Assembly (NCBI GenBank): GCA_965226555.1
Contig: CBDDDG010000022.1
Span: 1-64,000, forward strand
From: Salinispira sp.
GTDB taxonomy: Bacteria > Spirochaetota > Spirochaetia > DSM-27196 > Salinispiraceae
Length of the DNA stretch: 64,000 nucleotides
Reading direction: 5' to 3'
Both the position numbers and the translations under genes were made by a program. Positions 9,625 through 18,106 of this stretch are shown here, in pieces. Numbering within the stretch: position 1 is the stretch's first letter; every line of letters begins with the position of its first letter. The notes under the pieces are model-generated. The model did no database searches. It saw only the letters and a program-made list of their open reading frames with translations, and was not told the origin of the DNA.

Positions 9625-9987
9625 TTAACAGATAATTCTTCGGGAAGTTTTCCCGCATTCCACATACACAGCCTATTGTCAAATATTAGGAACCGCGCAG
9701 GGAAATGGGAACGGTGGACGGCTCAATGATAATTTCCAGACAGGCTTTGCCGCCTTCCTGCAAACGGTTGATCTGCGGCATTAACCCCAGATGATCGCGG
9801 ATTTTGTTCGGCAAATCTTCCATCAGCTTCCGTGCACTCTTCAGTCCGATGGTTTTTCCAGAATCATCTTTACCGATATACATGCGCCCGCCCTGCGCAT
9901 TGGCAAACCCGCATATCCATTTCAGGTAGTCATCGTTCCACGACTGTTTAAATTCGATGTTCTGAGATTCAGCGGTCATGAGTTATA

Positions 9988-10130
9988 TGCTCCATTCTCA
10001 CCTTCCCGCTCATCAGTTTTGGCAAAAGCAGATTCCGTAGGTTTTCGAGTGTGCGGATTTGTTTCATGTTTGCTCTTTTCTTGGTAAAATATTCCTCCGC
10101 CATGCTATCAAAATCACCCACTTTTTTCAT
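9988..10130 (-). repeat. Orphan copy of the 3' end of hsdS-A (143-bp direct repeat of 14402-14544)
   Basis: Read-by-eye identity with one mismatch; encodes MKKVGDFDSMAEEYF...LMSGKVRME. Confidence 0.93.
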
Positions 10131-10161
10131 CTCAAAACCATGACCCTGAATATACCACAAA

Positions 10162-10227
10162 CAAAACTTTCTACAAAATGGCAAAATGCTAAGTACACAA
10201 AAAGCATACCAGATCGGAAATTTTTGC
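10162..10227 (-). repeat. Degenerate central part of the 126-bp element
   Basis: caaaactttcta...aatgctaag..aaagcat.ccagatcggaaa.ttttgc matches 9516-9581. Confidence 0.8.
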
Positions 10228-10228
10228 T

Positions 10229-11398
10229 TTACGTAAAGCTTCTTACCCTCACCTTCCCGCTCATCAGTTTTGGCAAAAGCAGATCGCGTAGGTTTTCAAG
10301 TGATTTACTCTGTTTTTGATTGTGTGTAATTTTACGTATTAGTGGATATGTAATTTTGCCGAACTCCTCAAGTATTTGTTCGTGCGGGGCGGCGATTCTA
10401 AAGTTTCGAATATCAGTATTGTTCACTGATGGCTGAACACTTTTAGTCTCGCCTGATAGATTCTTTTGCTTTACAAACTTGTCGTTTAATATAAAAAACA
10501 GAATATATGGAAAACTTTTTTTGGTGGCTTTTATCCCAGCAAACCCCGTTGATAAAATGATTGTATCATCTTTTTCAACAAACCAGATGACTTTTCTTTC
10601 ACCACTCATTCGTGCAAACCAAATGGAATAATTTTCTGTTTCCATATTAGCCCGACTCGGCTTATTCAAGAATTTTACATCAACTCCTTCTCTCATAAAA
10701 TCAATATCACTCACATCAGCAGTAGCGAAATATTTTTTTGTGCCACTAAATTGATTTACGCCACTAGGAATAATTTTAGCAGCTTCCCAATCGCCTAACT
10801 CAGCTTCCTCCCATCCCTCATCCGCATCCTCCACAAACCACTTGCGGAACAAGGTCTGCGCCATATTTTCCAGAGTTGTGTTTTGGCGATGGAGCAGGTC
10901 TATTTTGTCATCCAGAGATGATAGGACTTCGGCAATGGCTTTTTGTTCGGGGAGTGGGGGGAGTTTCCATGTGGTTTCTGAGAGAAAATCCCAAGCTGCT
11001 CTCGGCATCCTTGTGCCCATTGATGACGATGAAGAAATATCTACCAGTTCTTGATTTGCAAAAAAATAAAAAAGATAGTCTTTGTTTACCTTCTTTTTTG
11101 GGTGAATAACCCAAATATCAGTAGAACAAATTCCTTCAAACTTCGGCTTTATGACCTTTCGAAAATATGGACGCAATTTTCCAAAAAGAGTATCTCCAGC
11201 AGTAAATCTGTATTTGTTGCTTGCGACAGAATCGGAATTTCCAACACTATTTAATCGTAATTTTCCTTCATCAATGTGTTCTAATCCTATATATGGCAAT
11301 TTTTCATCACCAACTTGCCAAAGGTTTTTTACTAATTGGGCAACATCCCCCAATTTCACTTCCCGCCACCCGTCCGGCACGGAGCTTTGCTGAATCAC
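10229..11398 (-). CDS. hsdS: Type I restriction-modification specificity subunit (hsdS-B)
   Basis: VPDGWREVKLGDV, LPPLPEQKAIAEVLSSLDDKIDLL, LENLRDLLLPKLMSGKVRV; two TRDs. Confidence 0.93.
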   Translation of the reverse strand: MIQQSSVPDGWREVKLGDVAQLVKNLWQVGDEKLPYIGLEHIDEGKLRLNSVGNSDSVASNKYRFTAGDTLFGKLRPYFRKVIKPKFEGICSTDIWVIHPKKKVNKDYLFYFFANQELVDISSSSSMGTRMPRAAWDFLSETTWKLPPLPEQKAIAEVLSSLDDKIDLLHRQNTTLENMAQTLFRKWFVEDADEGWEEAELGDWEAAKIIPSGVNQFSGTKKYFATADVSDIDFMREGVDVKFLNKPSRANMETENYSIWFARMSGERKVIWFVEKDDTIILSTGFAGIKATKKSFPYILFFILNDKFVKQKNLSGETKSVQPSVNNTDIRNFRIAAPHEQILEEFGKITYPLIRKITHNQKQSKSLENLRDLLLPKLMSGKVRVRSFT

Positions 11399-11527
11399 CG
11401 CAGCCTTCTTTTACTAGAAATTTTTGCATTTTGTAAATTTTCTTCATGTATATAACAAAAGGATTGCGGAGGACTGATGTTGTAACGTTCGCGAAGGCAA
11501 CGCGGTTCCGAATAGGGGCGAGCGTTT
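11342..11527. repeat. 186-bp direct repeat of 15505-15690 (ASCH 3' end plus hsdS 5' end)
   Basis: Read-by-eye identity with two mismatches. Confidence 0.93.
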
Positions 11528-11562
11528 CTCTCTTTCGGCAAATTCTTTTGTACAGATTGCAT
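11395..11562 (-). CDS. 55-aa chimeric mini-ORF (new N-terminus plus duplicated ASCH tail) overlapping the hsdS-B start
   Basis: Manual translation MQSVQKNLPKERNARPYSEPRCLRERYNISPPQSFCYIHEENLQNAKISSKRRLR*; GTGA overlap with hsdS-B. Confidence 0.45.
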   Translation of the reverse strand: MQSVQKNLPKERNARPYSEPRCLRERYNISPPQSFCYIHEENLQNAKISSKRRLR

Positions 11563-11637
11563 AGCTATATCACTTATCCCTCATCATTTCGCGCCGCAAG
11601 CGTTCGCTATGAGCGAGGCAGACAGGCGCATTTCGTT

Positions 11638-13428
11638 TCATGGGTGATTTTGTTTTTTAGTTAATTCAAAATGGAAGCCCAGAATGGAATCTTCAGGGTT
11701 TTGATCTTTTAATGTTAGCCGTACATGTTTATCAATTCTAAATTCTGTATCAAAATCATCATTGGGAATAATATCAGAATTCAGCGCGCAGATGTACTGA
11801 AAATTATTTTCTGCTGCTTTTCGATGCGCATGCATAAGTGCAAGCGCTATTTGCCGCGAATCAACACCATCGAATATACTGCTGTCGTGAAAAAGAAAAT
11901 CTATGCTGCCTCTTTGGTTTATTTTCATTAATTCAACAAGCATAATGTCATAGCAGAATATTTTCATTTTTCCGACACCCGCGCTGCTGCTTTTCTGAAT
12001 TTCGACGCCAAACTTATAGCCATTATCGGTGGTATTAATGACCAAATTGCCGGGTTCGTTGTACAAGGCCTGAGAATTTTCATTGAACAATGTTATTGCC
12101 TTTTCCCATTCGGGTCTGTTTTGCTCATAGTCGCGCTGGAGCTTTGTCTCTAATTCAATTTTGGAAGCTTTAATTTCCTTTTTACGTTGCGCCATCTCCT
12201 GAATATTGGAAATTTTGTTCTTTATGATCTCAAGTTGTTCTTTTTTCTCAACAACACGTTCTTGAAGTACTGAGAACTCGTCCAGCGCTCCGTGGCTTTG
12301 TAATATTCGCAGAAGCTCTGCCCGCCTGTTGGATTTTTGCTTTATATTTTCGTCATTTGAGGCTAGTACATTTTTTAACTGGACAATTTCCGATTCGAGA
12401 AAGCGTTTTCGATTCTGAACAATTGTTTTGTGAAATACTTTGGCATCTGCAAGTGATTTCTTTACGTTATCGGCAAAATGTATACCGACTTCTGAAAAAA
12501 TTTTGTCAACCGAGCTGAGGTCAGGAGGCTTCTCTTCTGACACAGCTTTCATATATCTATCTAATGTAGATCTCAACAACAAAGATTCATTGGAGAGTTC
12601 ATGCATTTCTTCTGTTAATTGATTTGCCTGTTCCTGCAATTCCCTATATTGCGGATGAACATGAAAAGATTTAATAGCATCTGATTCCTGTTTAAGTTCC
12701 AGTTCCATACGTACTCGCTCTGCTTCTAACTCGCCCTGATTAGCCACAATTCCCGTTTTAATTTCGAAGCTTAAGGCTTGTACGGCACTGTTTTTCTCTC
12801 TAATTTCCTGTGCTTCTGAGGCATGCAGCCAATTTAAGCCCAGCAGATACGCATTATTAATTTGCATGCTACAGGTTGTCTGATTTCTAAAATAGTGAAA
12901 CGGATTGGCATAGGCATCTACTCCACGGCGAGCAAAGTATGAGACTAAGCTCCGAAAGGACGGCGTATATTTTGCGGAGGATTCTTCTGTAATGCCAAAA
13001 AGGTAATTTCCTAATATTTTTTTCCAGTCATCGTTTTTGATCCTGTTCCCGTCACTGTTTTTATAGGATGATGAGTAGGAGCTTTCGAAGAGTTCCCCTT
13101 CAGAAATGATTGGGAGCCCGGGAATAATCGTGTCAACTTCAATAATTTTCGCATTTTCAATGGATCGCTTTGCGGTTACAATTTCCCCATAAAGTTCAAT
13201 GCGAATAAAGAAAATCCAATTGTGTAAGTCATCTTTTGGCAGATTAAGGCTGATCAAATCGGCGCCAAGGCAAAAATGAATGACATTCAACAATGTCGTT
13301 TTTCCTGCGCCATTACGGGTGTCTTTCTGTCCCGATTCAGGGGCGCGCTCAGCCAGAATGACATTTAAGCCTGCGGAGAACTCTACAGGTTTAAATCGTT
13401 TGTCGCTTGCCCAAATTTTATGAATCAT
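11638..13428 (-). CDS. ABC-three-component/Lamassu-type SMC-like ABC ATPase (DUF2326-like, LmuB-like)
   Basis: Walker A RNGAGKTT, long coiled coil, SSAG signature, FLFHDSSIFDGVDSRQ; translationally coupled to two upstream genes. Confidence 0.85.
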   Translation of the reverse strand: MIHKIWASDKRFKPVEFSAGLNVILAERAPESGQKDTRNGAGKTTLLNVIHFCLGADLISLNLPKDDLHNWIFFIRIELYGEIVTAKRSIENAKIIEVDTIIPGLPIISEGELFESSYSSSYKNSDGNRIKNDDWKKILGNYLFGITEESSAKYTPSFRSLVSYFARRGVDAYANPFHYFRNQTTCSMQINNAYLLGLNWLHASEAQEIREKNSAVQALSFEIKTGIVANQGELEAERVRMELELKQESDAIKSFHVHPQYRELQEQANQLTEEMHELSNESLLLRSTLDRYMKAVSEEKPPDLSSVDKIFSEVGIHFADNVKKSLADAKVFHKTIVQNRKRFLESEIVQLKNVLASNDENIKQKSNRRAELLRILQSHGALDEFSVLQERVVEKKEQLEIIKNKISNIQEMAQRKKEIKASKIELETKLQRDYEQNRPEWEKAITLFNENSQALYNEPGNLVINTTDNGYKFGVEIQKSSSAGVGKMKIFCYDIMLVELMKINQRGSIDFLFHDSSIFDGVDSRQIALALMHAHRKAAENNFQYICALNSDIIPNDDFDTEFRIDKHVRLTLKDQNPEDSILGFHFELTKKQNHP

Positions 13429-13652
13429 AGCCGGATACTCACTATTTCATTATTGCGTACATCGACAAGACCGAGCATGTACAGGAAATCCATGGCAAGA
13501 ATGAATCGCTCAAAACTTCCGATGGCATCAATTTTTTTTGCTGCTTCCCATAGTACCGATAAATTTCTGGATTTTTCAAGCAGTGGAAGTAATGCCGCGC
13601 TTACTCCAATGAGCGCTTCATCTTCACGCAGGTATTTTGTTGGCATAATCAT
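13425..13652 (-). CDS. ABC-3C middle component (LmuC-like small protein)
   Basis: 75 aa MIMPTKYL...FILAMDFLYMLGLV; ATGA overlaps on both sides. Confidence 0.8.
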   Translation of the reverse strand: MIMPTKYLREDEALIGVSAALLPLLEKSRNLSVLWEAAKKIDAIGSFERFILAMDFLYMLGLVDVRNNEIVSIRL

Positions 13653-14395
13653 TTTTCAAATACCTCACATACAAGAAAGAGATGGCTCAATATGGCCAAA
13701 CCCGCCGCCTGTTGTTTGAAGTTATGTTGACCAGCCTGCGCGAATTTGAGCATTTCCATAAAAAGCTCATCGCCCGATACGTTTGTTTTCAGTTCAAGAT
13801 ATTTTTTCTTAAAGCCGTTTTTGAGTTTTTCGGGGAATTCCTCATTAATATGTGTTGCCATTTGCGCAAGAAAGCGCTCCACCTCATGGCTATTTATTAA
13901 ACCCATACTTATATAATATCGAACGGAATCAGAAAGATCATTTTTATGTATCTTTTCTCCCGGAGGAATTACTTTAAAGTCGTAACTACTTGAAGAGTAT
14001 GTGCCCGATGCTAAAGCATCTGTTGCAATTTTCAATTCGGCAAAAGAGACCTCGGACATGGCCTTGTCAAGTTGTTTGGCAACCCATAACTCATGGTCTT
14101 TTTTCAGAGAGAACAAAAATTCTGCCGGGTAATCTTTTTCCTGCTTATCTATTTTTGTGTGGCAGGATGGGCATAGGTAGATAAGGTTATTAGGATGATT
14201 CCTCTGCGCGTCGGTCATTTCTGCGCGATACCGTGCCGCTATCCGTTTTTCACCATAAATGTGAGCAGCCACCCCAATAACAGCGGGATCGTCATTCTCG
14301 TCATCTGAAGTCAAAGGTTTACGACAATTTTCGAATGCGCATACATTCCCGCTTCTCATGGCAAGAACTATTTTGGTTGGATAGCTAGCACTCAT
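13649..14395 (-). CDS. HNH endonuclease effector with ABC-3C C-terminal domain (LmuA-like)
   Basis: RSGNVCAFENC, AAHI, NNLIYLCPSCHTKID (HNH/Zn); C-terminal LFLVCEVFEK. Confidence 0.82.
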   Translation of the reverse strand: MSASYPTKIVLAMRSGNVCAFENCRKPLTSDDENDDPAVIGVAAHIYGEKRIAARYRAEMTDAQRNHPNNLIYLCPSCHTKIDKQEKDYPAEFLFSLKKDHELWVAKQLDKAMSEVSFAELKIATDALASGTYSSSSYDFKVIPPGEKIHKNDLSDSVRYYISMGLINSHEVERFLAQMATHINEEFPEKLKNGFKKKYLELKTNVSGDELFMEMLKFAQAGQHNFKQQAAGLAILSHLFLVCEVFEK

Positions 14396-15561
14396 TCCTG
14401 TTGCTCCATTCTCACTTTCCCGCTCATCAGTTTTGGCAAAAGCAGATTCCGTAGGTTTTCGAGTGTGCGGATTTGTTTCATGTTTGCTCTTTTCTTGGTA
14501 AAATATTCCTCCGCCATGCTATCAAAATCACCCACTTTTTTCATGCTTGGAAATTTCAAACGGAGGCTGGAAACAAGGGCTTTGTCTACATGAGGTATGG
14601 CAGACCCCGTTGTATTCTCTTTTATATATTGTTCGTGAGTTTTGAGGAAAGAAAACACAAAGAAAGGATAATTGAAATTCTCTAATGGTTTGTACAATCC
14701 TATTGTTGATCCGACAATACCGCGGAAACCTATTTCTGTTCTGCCTGAGCTTGCACCATCCATAACCATCAAAATATCATATTCATTTGCAATAATCATC
14801 CTATCCCGATCAGAATACAGCTGTTTTCCAGTATCAAATGTTTCTATGAGTATTTGTGGTAGAGAATTTGTAAACATAATTTTTTCTGCTTGTTTAGGTT
14901 TGCGCCCCTTCATAAACTCTGTTACTTCGCCAATTCTTCGTTCCTCCCAATCATCATCCGCATCCTCTGCAAACCACTTGCGGAACAAGGTCTGCGCCAT
15001 ATTTTCCAGAGTTGTGTTTTGGCGATGGAGCAGGTCTATTTTGTCATCCAGAGATGATAGGACTTCGGCAATGGCTTTTTGTTCGGGAAGTGGGGGGAGA
15101 GAAAAATACAACGATTTTAACGTTGAGCCTGCCAGTTCACCAAAGGTTGAACCTTCAGAATTGGCTTTTAAGTAGTTGACATTATCTTTGAGAAGATAGA
15201 ACAAAAATATATTATTTGCTTCTGTCAATTTTGGAAGCAAAGATCGAAATCCCTGATTAGTTGAAACTTCCGTGCCTGCAATTGCCAAGTATCCAACAGG
15301 GGCTCTTGTAGTTAAGAGTACAGACCCTTTGGGGATTATTCTGGCACTAGAATTTCTCAATCCCTCTGACGATATACTTCTCTCCCCATTGGAAATATAG
15401 CGTTCTGCATAATTTGATAAATCTTTCGGCGTTATCCAAGGAATATCTCCGTTCCAATATTCTGCTATTTTCGTTGACGGCGTCCCGCCCCCAATAATTT
15501 CGCAAACATCCCCCAATTTCACTTCCCGCCACCCGTCCGGCACGGAGCTTTGCTGAATCAC
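14392..15561 (-). CDS. hsdS: Type I restriction-modification specificity subunit (hsdS-A)
   Basis: GGGTPSTK..YWNGDIPWITPKDL TRD, STNQGF; same conserved N-terminal, central and C-terminal segments as hsdS-B. Confidence 0.94.
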   Translation of the reverse strand: MIQQSSVPDGWREVKLGDVCEIIGGGTPSTKIAEYWNGDIPWITPKDLSNYAERYISNGERSISSEGLRNSSARIIPKGSVLLTTRAPVGYLAIAGTEVSTNQGFRSLLPKLTEANNIFLFYLLKDNVNYLKANSEGSTFGELAGSTLKSLYFSLPPLPEQKAIAEVLSSLDDKIDLLHRQNTTLENMAQTLFRKWFAEDADDDWEERRIGEVTEFMKGRKPKQAEKIMFTNSLPQILIETFDTGKQLYSDRDRMIIANEYDILMVMDGASSGRTEIGFRGIVGSTIGLYKPLENFNYPFFVFSFLKTHEQYIKENTTGSAIPHVDKALVSSLRLKFPSMKKVGDFDSMAEEYFTKKRANMKQIRTLENLRNLLLPKLMSGKVRMEQQE

Positions 15562-15977
15562 CGCAGCCTTCTTTTACTAGAAACTTTTGCATTTTGTACA
15601 TTTTCTTCATGTATATAACAAAAGGATTGCGGAGGACTGATGTTGTAACGTTCGCGAAGGCAACGCGGTTCCGAATAGGGGCGAGCGTTTTTCACTTTTA
15701 TCGCAAAGCCCTCAGTTCTTTCGGAAAAGTAATTGAAGAATAATTCCTCACTGATCCCTGCGAATTCCTGCGTTTCTTCCCAGAGCTTTGCGGGCGCCTT
15801 TTGCAAAATGGCTTCAATATCGAATTCGCCAATAACATTCTGCACCGGTGATGATGCGTACACAACTACTGTTTTAACATCGGTATTCCTGAATATGACC
15901 TTGCGAAATTCATACTTTTTGTTGCCGTGAAAAATGCGGTCGGCAAACTCCGGCTTAATTGACAATAATACTTTCAT
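15558..15977 (-). CDS. ASCH-domain protein
   Basis: MKVLLSIKPEFADRIFHGNKKYEFRK..YASSPV..PPQSFCY. Confidence 0.85.
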   Translation of the reverse strand: MKVLLSIKPEFADRIFHGNKKYEFRKVIFRNTDVKTVVVYASSPVQNVIGEFDIEAILQKAPAKLWEETQEFAGISEELFFNYFSERTEGFAIKVKNARPYSEPRCLRERYNISPPQSFCYIHEENVQNAKVSSKRRLR

Positions 15978-16027
15978 AATTCTTTTCCCTTTCTGATAAT
16001 TTGCCATATCGTTTTTTCTTTCATTAT

Positions 16028-16420
16028 TCATTGCTTATTGCCTCCCAGTCTTTTGAACATTTCCAGGGCTTCAGAATCGAATCGGGAAAAAGCGAACCAT
16101 CCCTGCTCAGTGAATACATAGGGAAGGTAACGTCTTCCGCCGTGTCCTCTTGAGGTCGCAATGTGCGACCTCAAGTTTGACTGGTGAGCAATTGTGATCA
16201 ATTCGTCCAATTCGGTTTGTGTTAGCTGAAATCGAAATGTCTCAGGAAATCGCACCCCATTCCGTTTTACCTGTTCATTCAGTCTTTTGGGATCAACACC
16301 ATAAATGCTGGCCAGATCACTATCAATCATCACCTGAACGCCGCGAATGGTGAAAATCAAGCTGCGAATATCTTCCTCAGGCACGCTGAGGGTTTTCACT
16401 TTTATCGATCTATTTTCCAT
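16028..16420 (-). CDS. ORF6N (KilA-N-like) domain protein, probably internally deleted
   Basis: IFTIRGVQVMIDSDLASIYGV..LNEQVKRN..RFPETFRFQL..RRYLPYVFTEQG jumps directly to WFAFSRF. Confidence 0.8.
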   Translation of the reverse strand: MENRSIKVKTLSVPEEDIRSLIFTIRGVQVMIDSDLASIYGVDPKRLNEQVKRNGVRFPETFRFQLTQTELDELITIAHQSNLRSHIATSRGHGGRRYLPYVFTEQGWFAFSRFDSEALEMFKRLGGNKQ

Positions 16421-16626
16421 AGCCCAGCATCTCCCAAAACCTCCTCAACAATATATAAAGGAAATGACAAAATCAAGCTTGGGAAGGCATATGGACTCGG
16501 GCATCAGGCGTCGGTCGGCATCGCCCTGAAACAGGAAGGCATATCGCCCTGAAACAGAAAGGCGGATGAATTATGACAAAAGGATGATGTACAGAGGCAG
16601 GAAATCTCATTATACTGAAAATCATT

Positions 16627-17700
16627 ATGCAACAGACCAGCGACATCCGAATAGAATCGTCAGAACCGCTCATTGCCCCGCATACGCTCTCACGGCAGCT
16701 TGCTGCGGGACCTGAGCACATTCGTACGGTTATTGAAGGCCGTAAATCTATTGAGAACATTATTCGCGGCAGGGACAGCAGAATGCTCATTGTGGTGGGG
16801 CCCTGTTCCATTCACGATGCAGAAGCGGGGTTGGATTATGCCCGCAAGCTTAGCCGGCTCGCGGAGGAAGTGCGTGAGCAGATATACATTGTTATGCGGG
16901 TGTATTTTGAGAAGCCCCGTACGGCTCTCGGGTGGCGGGGGCTGATTTTGGATCCGCACATGAATGGTTCCTACGATATTCATAGCGGATTACATGCGGC
17001 TCGAAAATTATTGCTGGATATCGCCGCTCTTGGCCTGCCCGCAGGTTCGGAAATACTTGATCCGGTTATTCCTCAGTATATTGATGATCTTCTCAGTTGG
17101 GGGGCCATTGGCGCGCGGACGGCGGAAAGTCAGGTTCACCGGGAAATAGCCAGCGGGCTTTCCATGCCCATAGGATTCAAGAATGGAACAGACGGGTTGA
17201 TTGATAGCGCCGTTAACGCCATGACATCGTCGCGGCATCGGCATAGTTTTATCGGTATAGATAGCGCAGGGAAAACGAGTGTCATGCGTACCCATGGTAA
17301 TGCTATGGTTCATCTCATTCTCAGGGGCGGCAAATCCGGGCCCAATTATTCCAGGGAGCAGGTGGAGGATGCCGGTAGGAAGCTCCGGGAACGGGGCTTA
17401 TGGGATCGTATTCTCATTGATTGTTCGCATGCCAACAGCGGGAAGGATCATGAGCGTCAGCATCGTGTATTTGAGGATGTTATTGCGCAGCATCTGGGCG
17501 ACGCTGATGTGGACGCTGTGGAGGAGATTATGGGATGTATGCTGGAGAGTAATCATTTTCCCGGCCGGCAGGATATTCCTGAGGATATCGGCCGGCTTCG
17601 CTATGGTGTGAGTATAACCGATGCCTGTATCGGCTGGGATGAAACGGAGAGAATTATCCGCAATTGCTGTGAACGGCGCGCACGGAGAAGGGCATCGTAG
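16627..17700 (+). CDS. aroF: Class I DAHP synthase
   Basis: VVGPCSIHD, MRVYFEKPRT, AIGARTAESQVHRE, GFKNGTDG, IDCSHANS, YGVSITDACIGW. Confidence 0.93.
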   Translation: MQQTSDIRIESSEPLIAPHTLSRQLAAGPEHIRTVIEGRKSIENIIRGRDSRMLIVVGPCSIHDAEAGLDYARKLSRLAEEVREQIYIVMRVYFEKPRTALGWRGLILDPHMNGSYDIHSGLHAARKLLLDIAALGLPAGSEILDPVIPQYIDDLLSWGAIGARTAESQVHREIASGLSMPIGFKNGTDGLIDSAVNAMTSSRHRHSFIGIDSAGKTSVMRTHGNAMVHLILRGGKSGPNYSREQVEDAGRKLRERGLWDRILIDCSHANSGKDHERQHRVFEDVIAQHLGDADVDAVEEIMGCMLESNHFPGRQDIPEDIGRLRYGVSITDACIGWDETERIIRNCCERRARRRAS

Positions 17701-17724
17701 CCGAGCCGAGAGGGTGGGATTTTT

Positions 17725-18066
17725 ATGCTTATGACTCTGGGCTTTCACGGGCTGACAACGAGCTGCATTATTGGAATGAGAGAATGGGAACGGAAGAGGG
17801 AGCAGATTCTGGAATGTGATCTGGAGGTTTCTCTTGAATGCCCTACACATGATGATATTTCCTCCACTGTTGATTACAGCGAGCTTTCCCGGCTCTTTGC
17901 GCGTCATGCCCGGGAGGGCGCATACTATCTTCTGGAATCGCTGGCGCAGAATTTCAGGGAACTTCTTATTCGGAGCTATCCCGCAATCTGCTCCGGTATG
18001 CTTGAAATCCGCAAACCCGCTGCAATTGCAGAAGCGCAGCACGCCTTTGTTCGGCTGCGCTGGTAA
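17725..18066 (+). CDS. folB: Dihydroneopterin aldolase
   Basis: IIGMREWERKREQ, DDISSTVDYS, LLESLA, IRKPAA. Confidence 0.85.
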   Translation: MLMTLGFHGLTTSCIIGMREWERKREQILECDLEVSLECPTHDDISSTVDYSELSRLFARHAREGAYYLLESLAQNFRELLIRSYPAICSGMLEIRKPAAIAEAQHAFVRLRW

Positions 18067-18106
18067 ACTTCTGCGCTGCGGGGCGCCTGCTCGCCCATGC
18101 GGACGC

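Larger units (their letters stand above)
8949..9979 (-). pseudogene. AlbA_2/Schlafen plus RecG-C (HATPase_c_4)/HTH protein, internally deleted and interrupted by a 126-bp element
   Basis: N-terminal ESQNIEFKQSW..CGFANAQGG (9686-9979, ends at a stop). An out-of-frame IFDNRLCMWNAGKLPEELSVKK (9625-9686) continues after the element as LFQTHESIPRNPLIA..IDSWGRG..HTH. Confidence 0.85.

Noticed and set aside
11585..11660. Hairpin after the ABC ATPase as an integron attC site
   Set aside because: No RYYYAAC/GTTRRRY boxes and no integrase; it matches the GC-rich repeat family instead.
10229..15561. hsdS pair as an invertible shufflon
   Set aside because: All repeats are direct and no site-specific recombinase is nearby.
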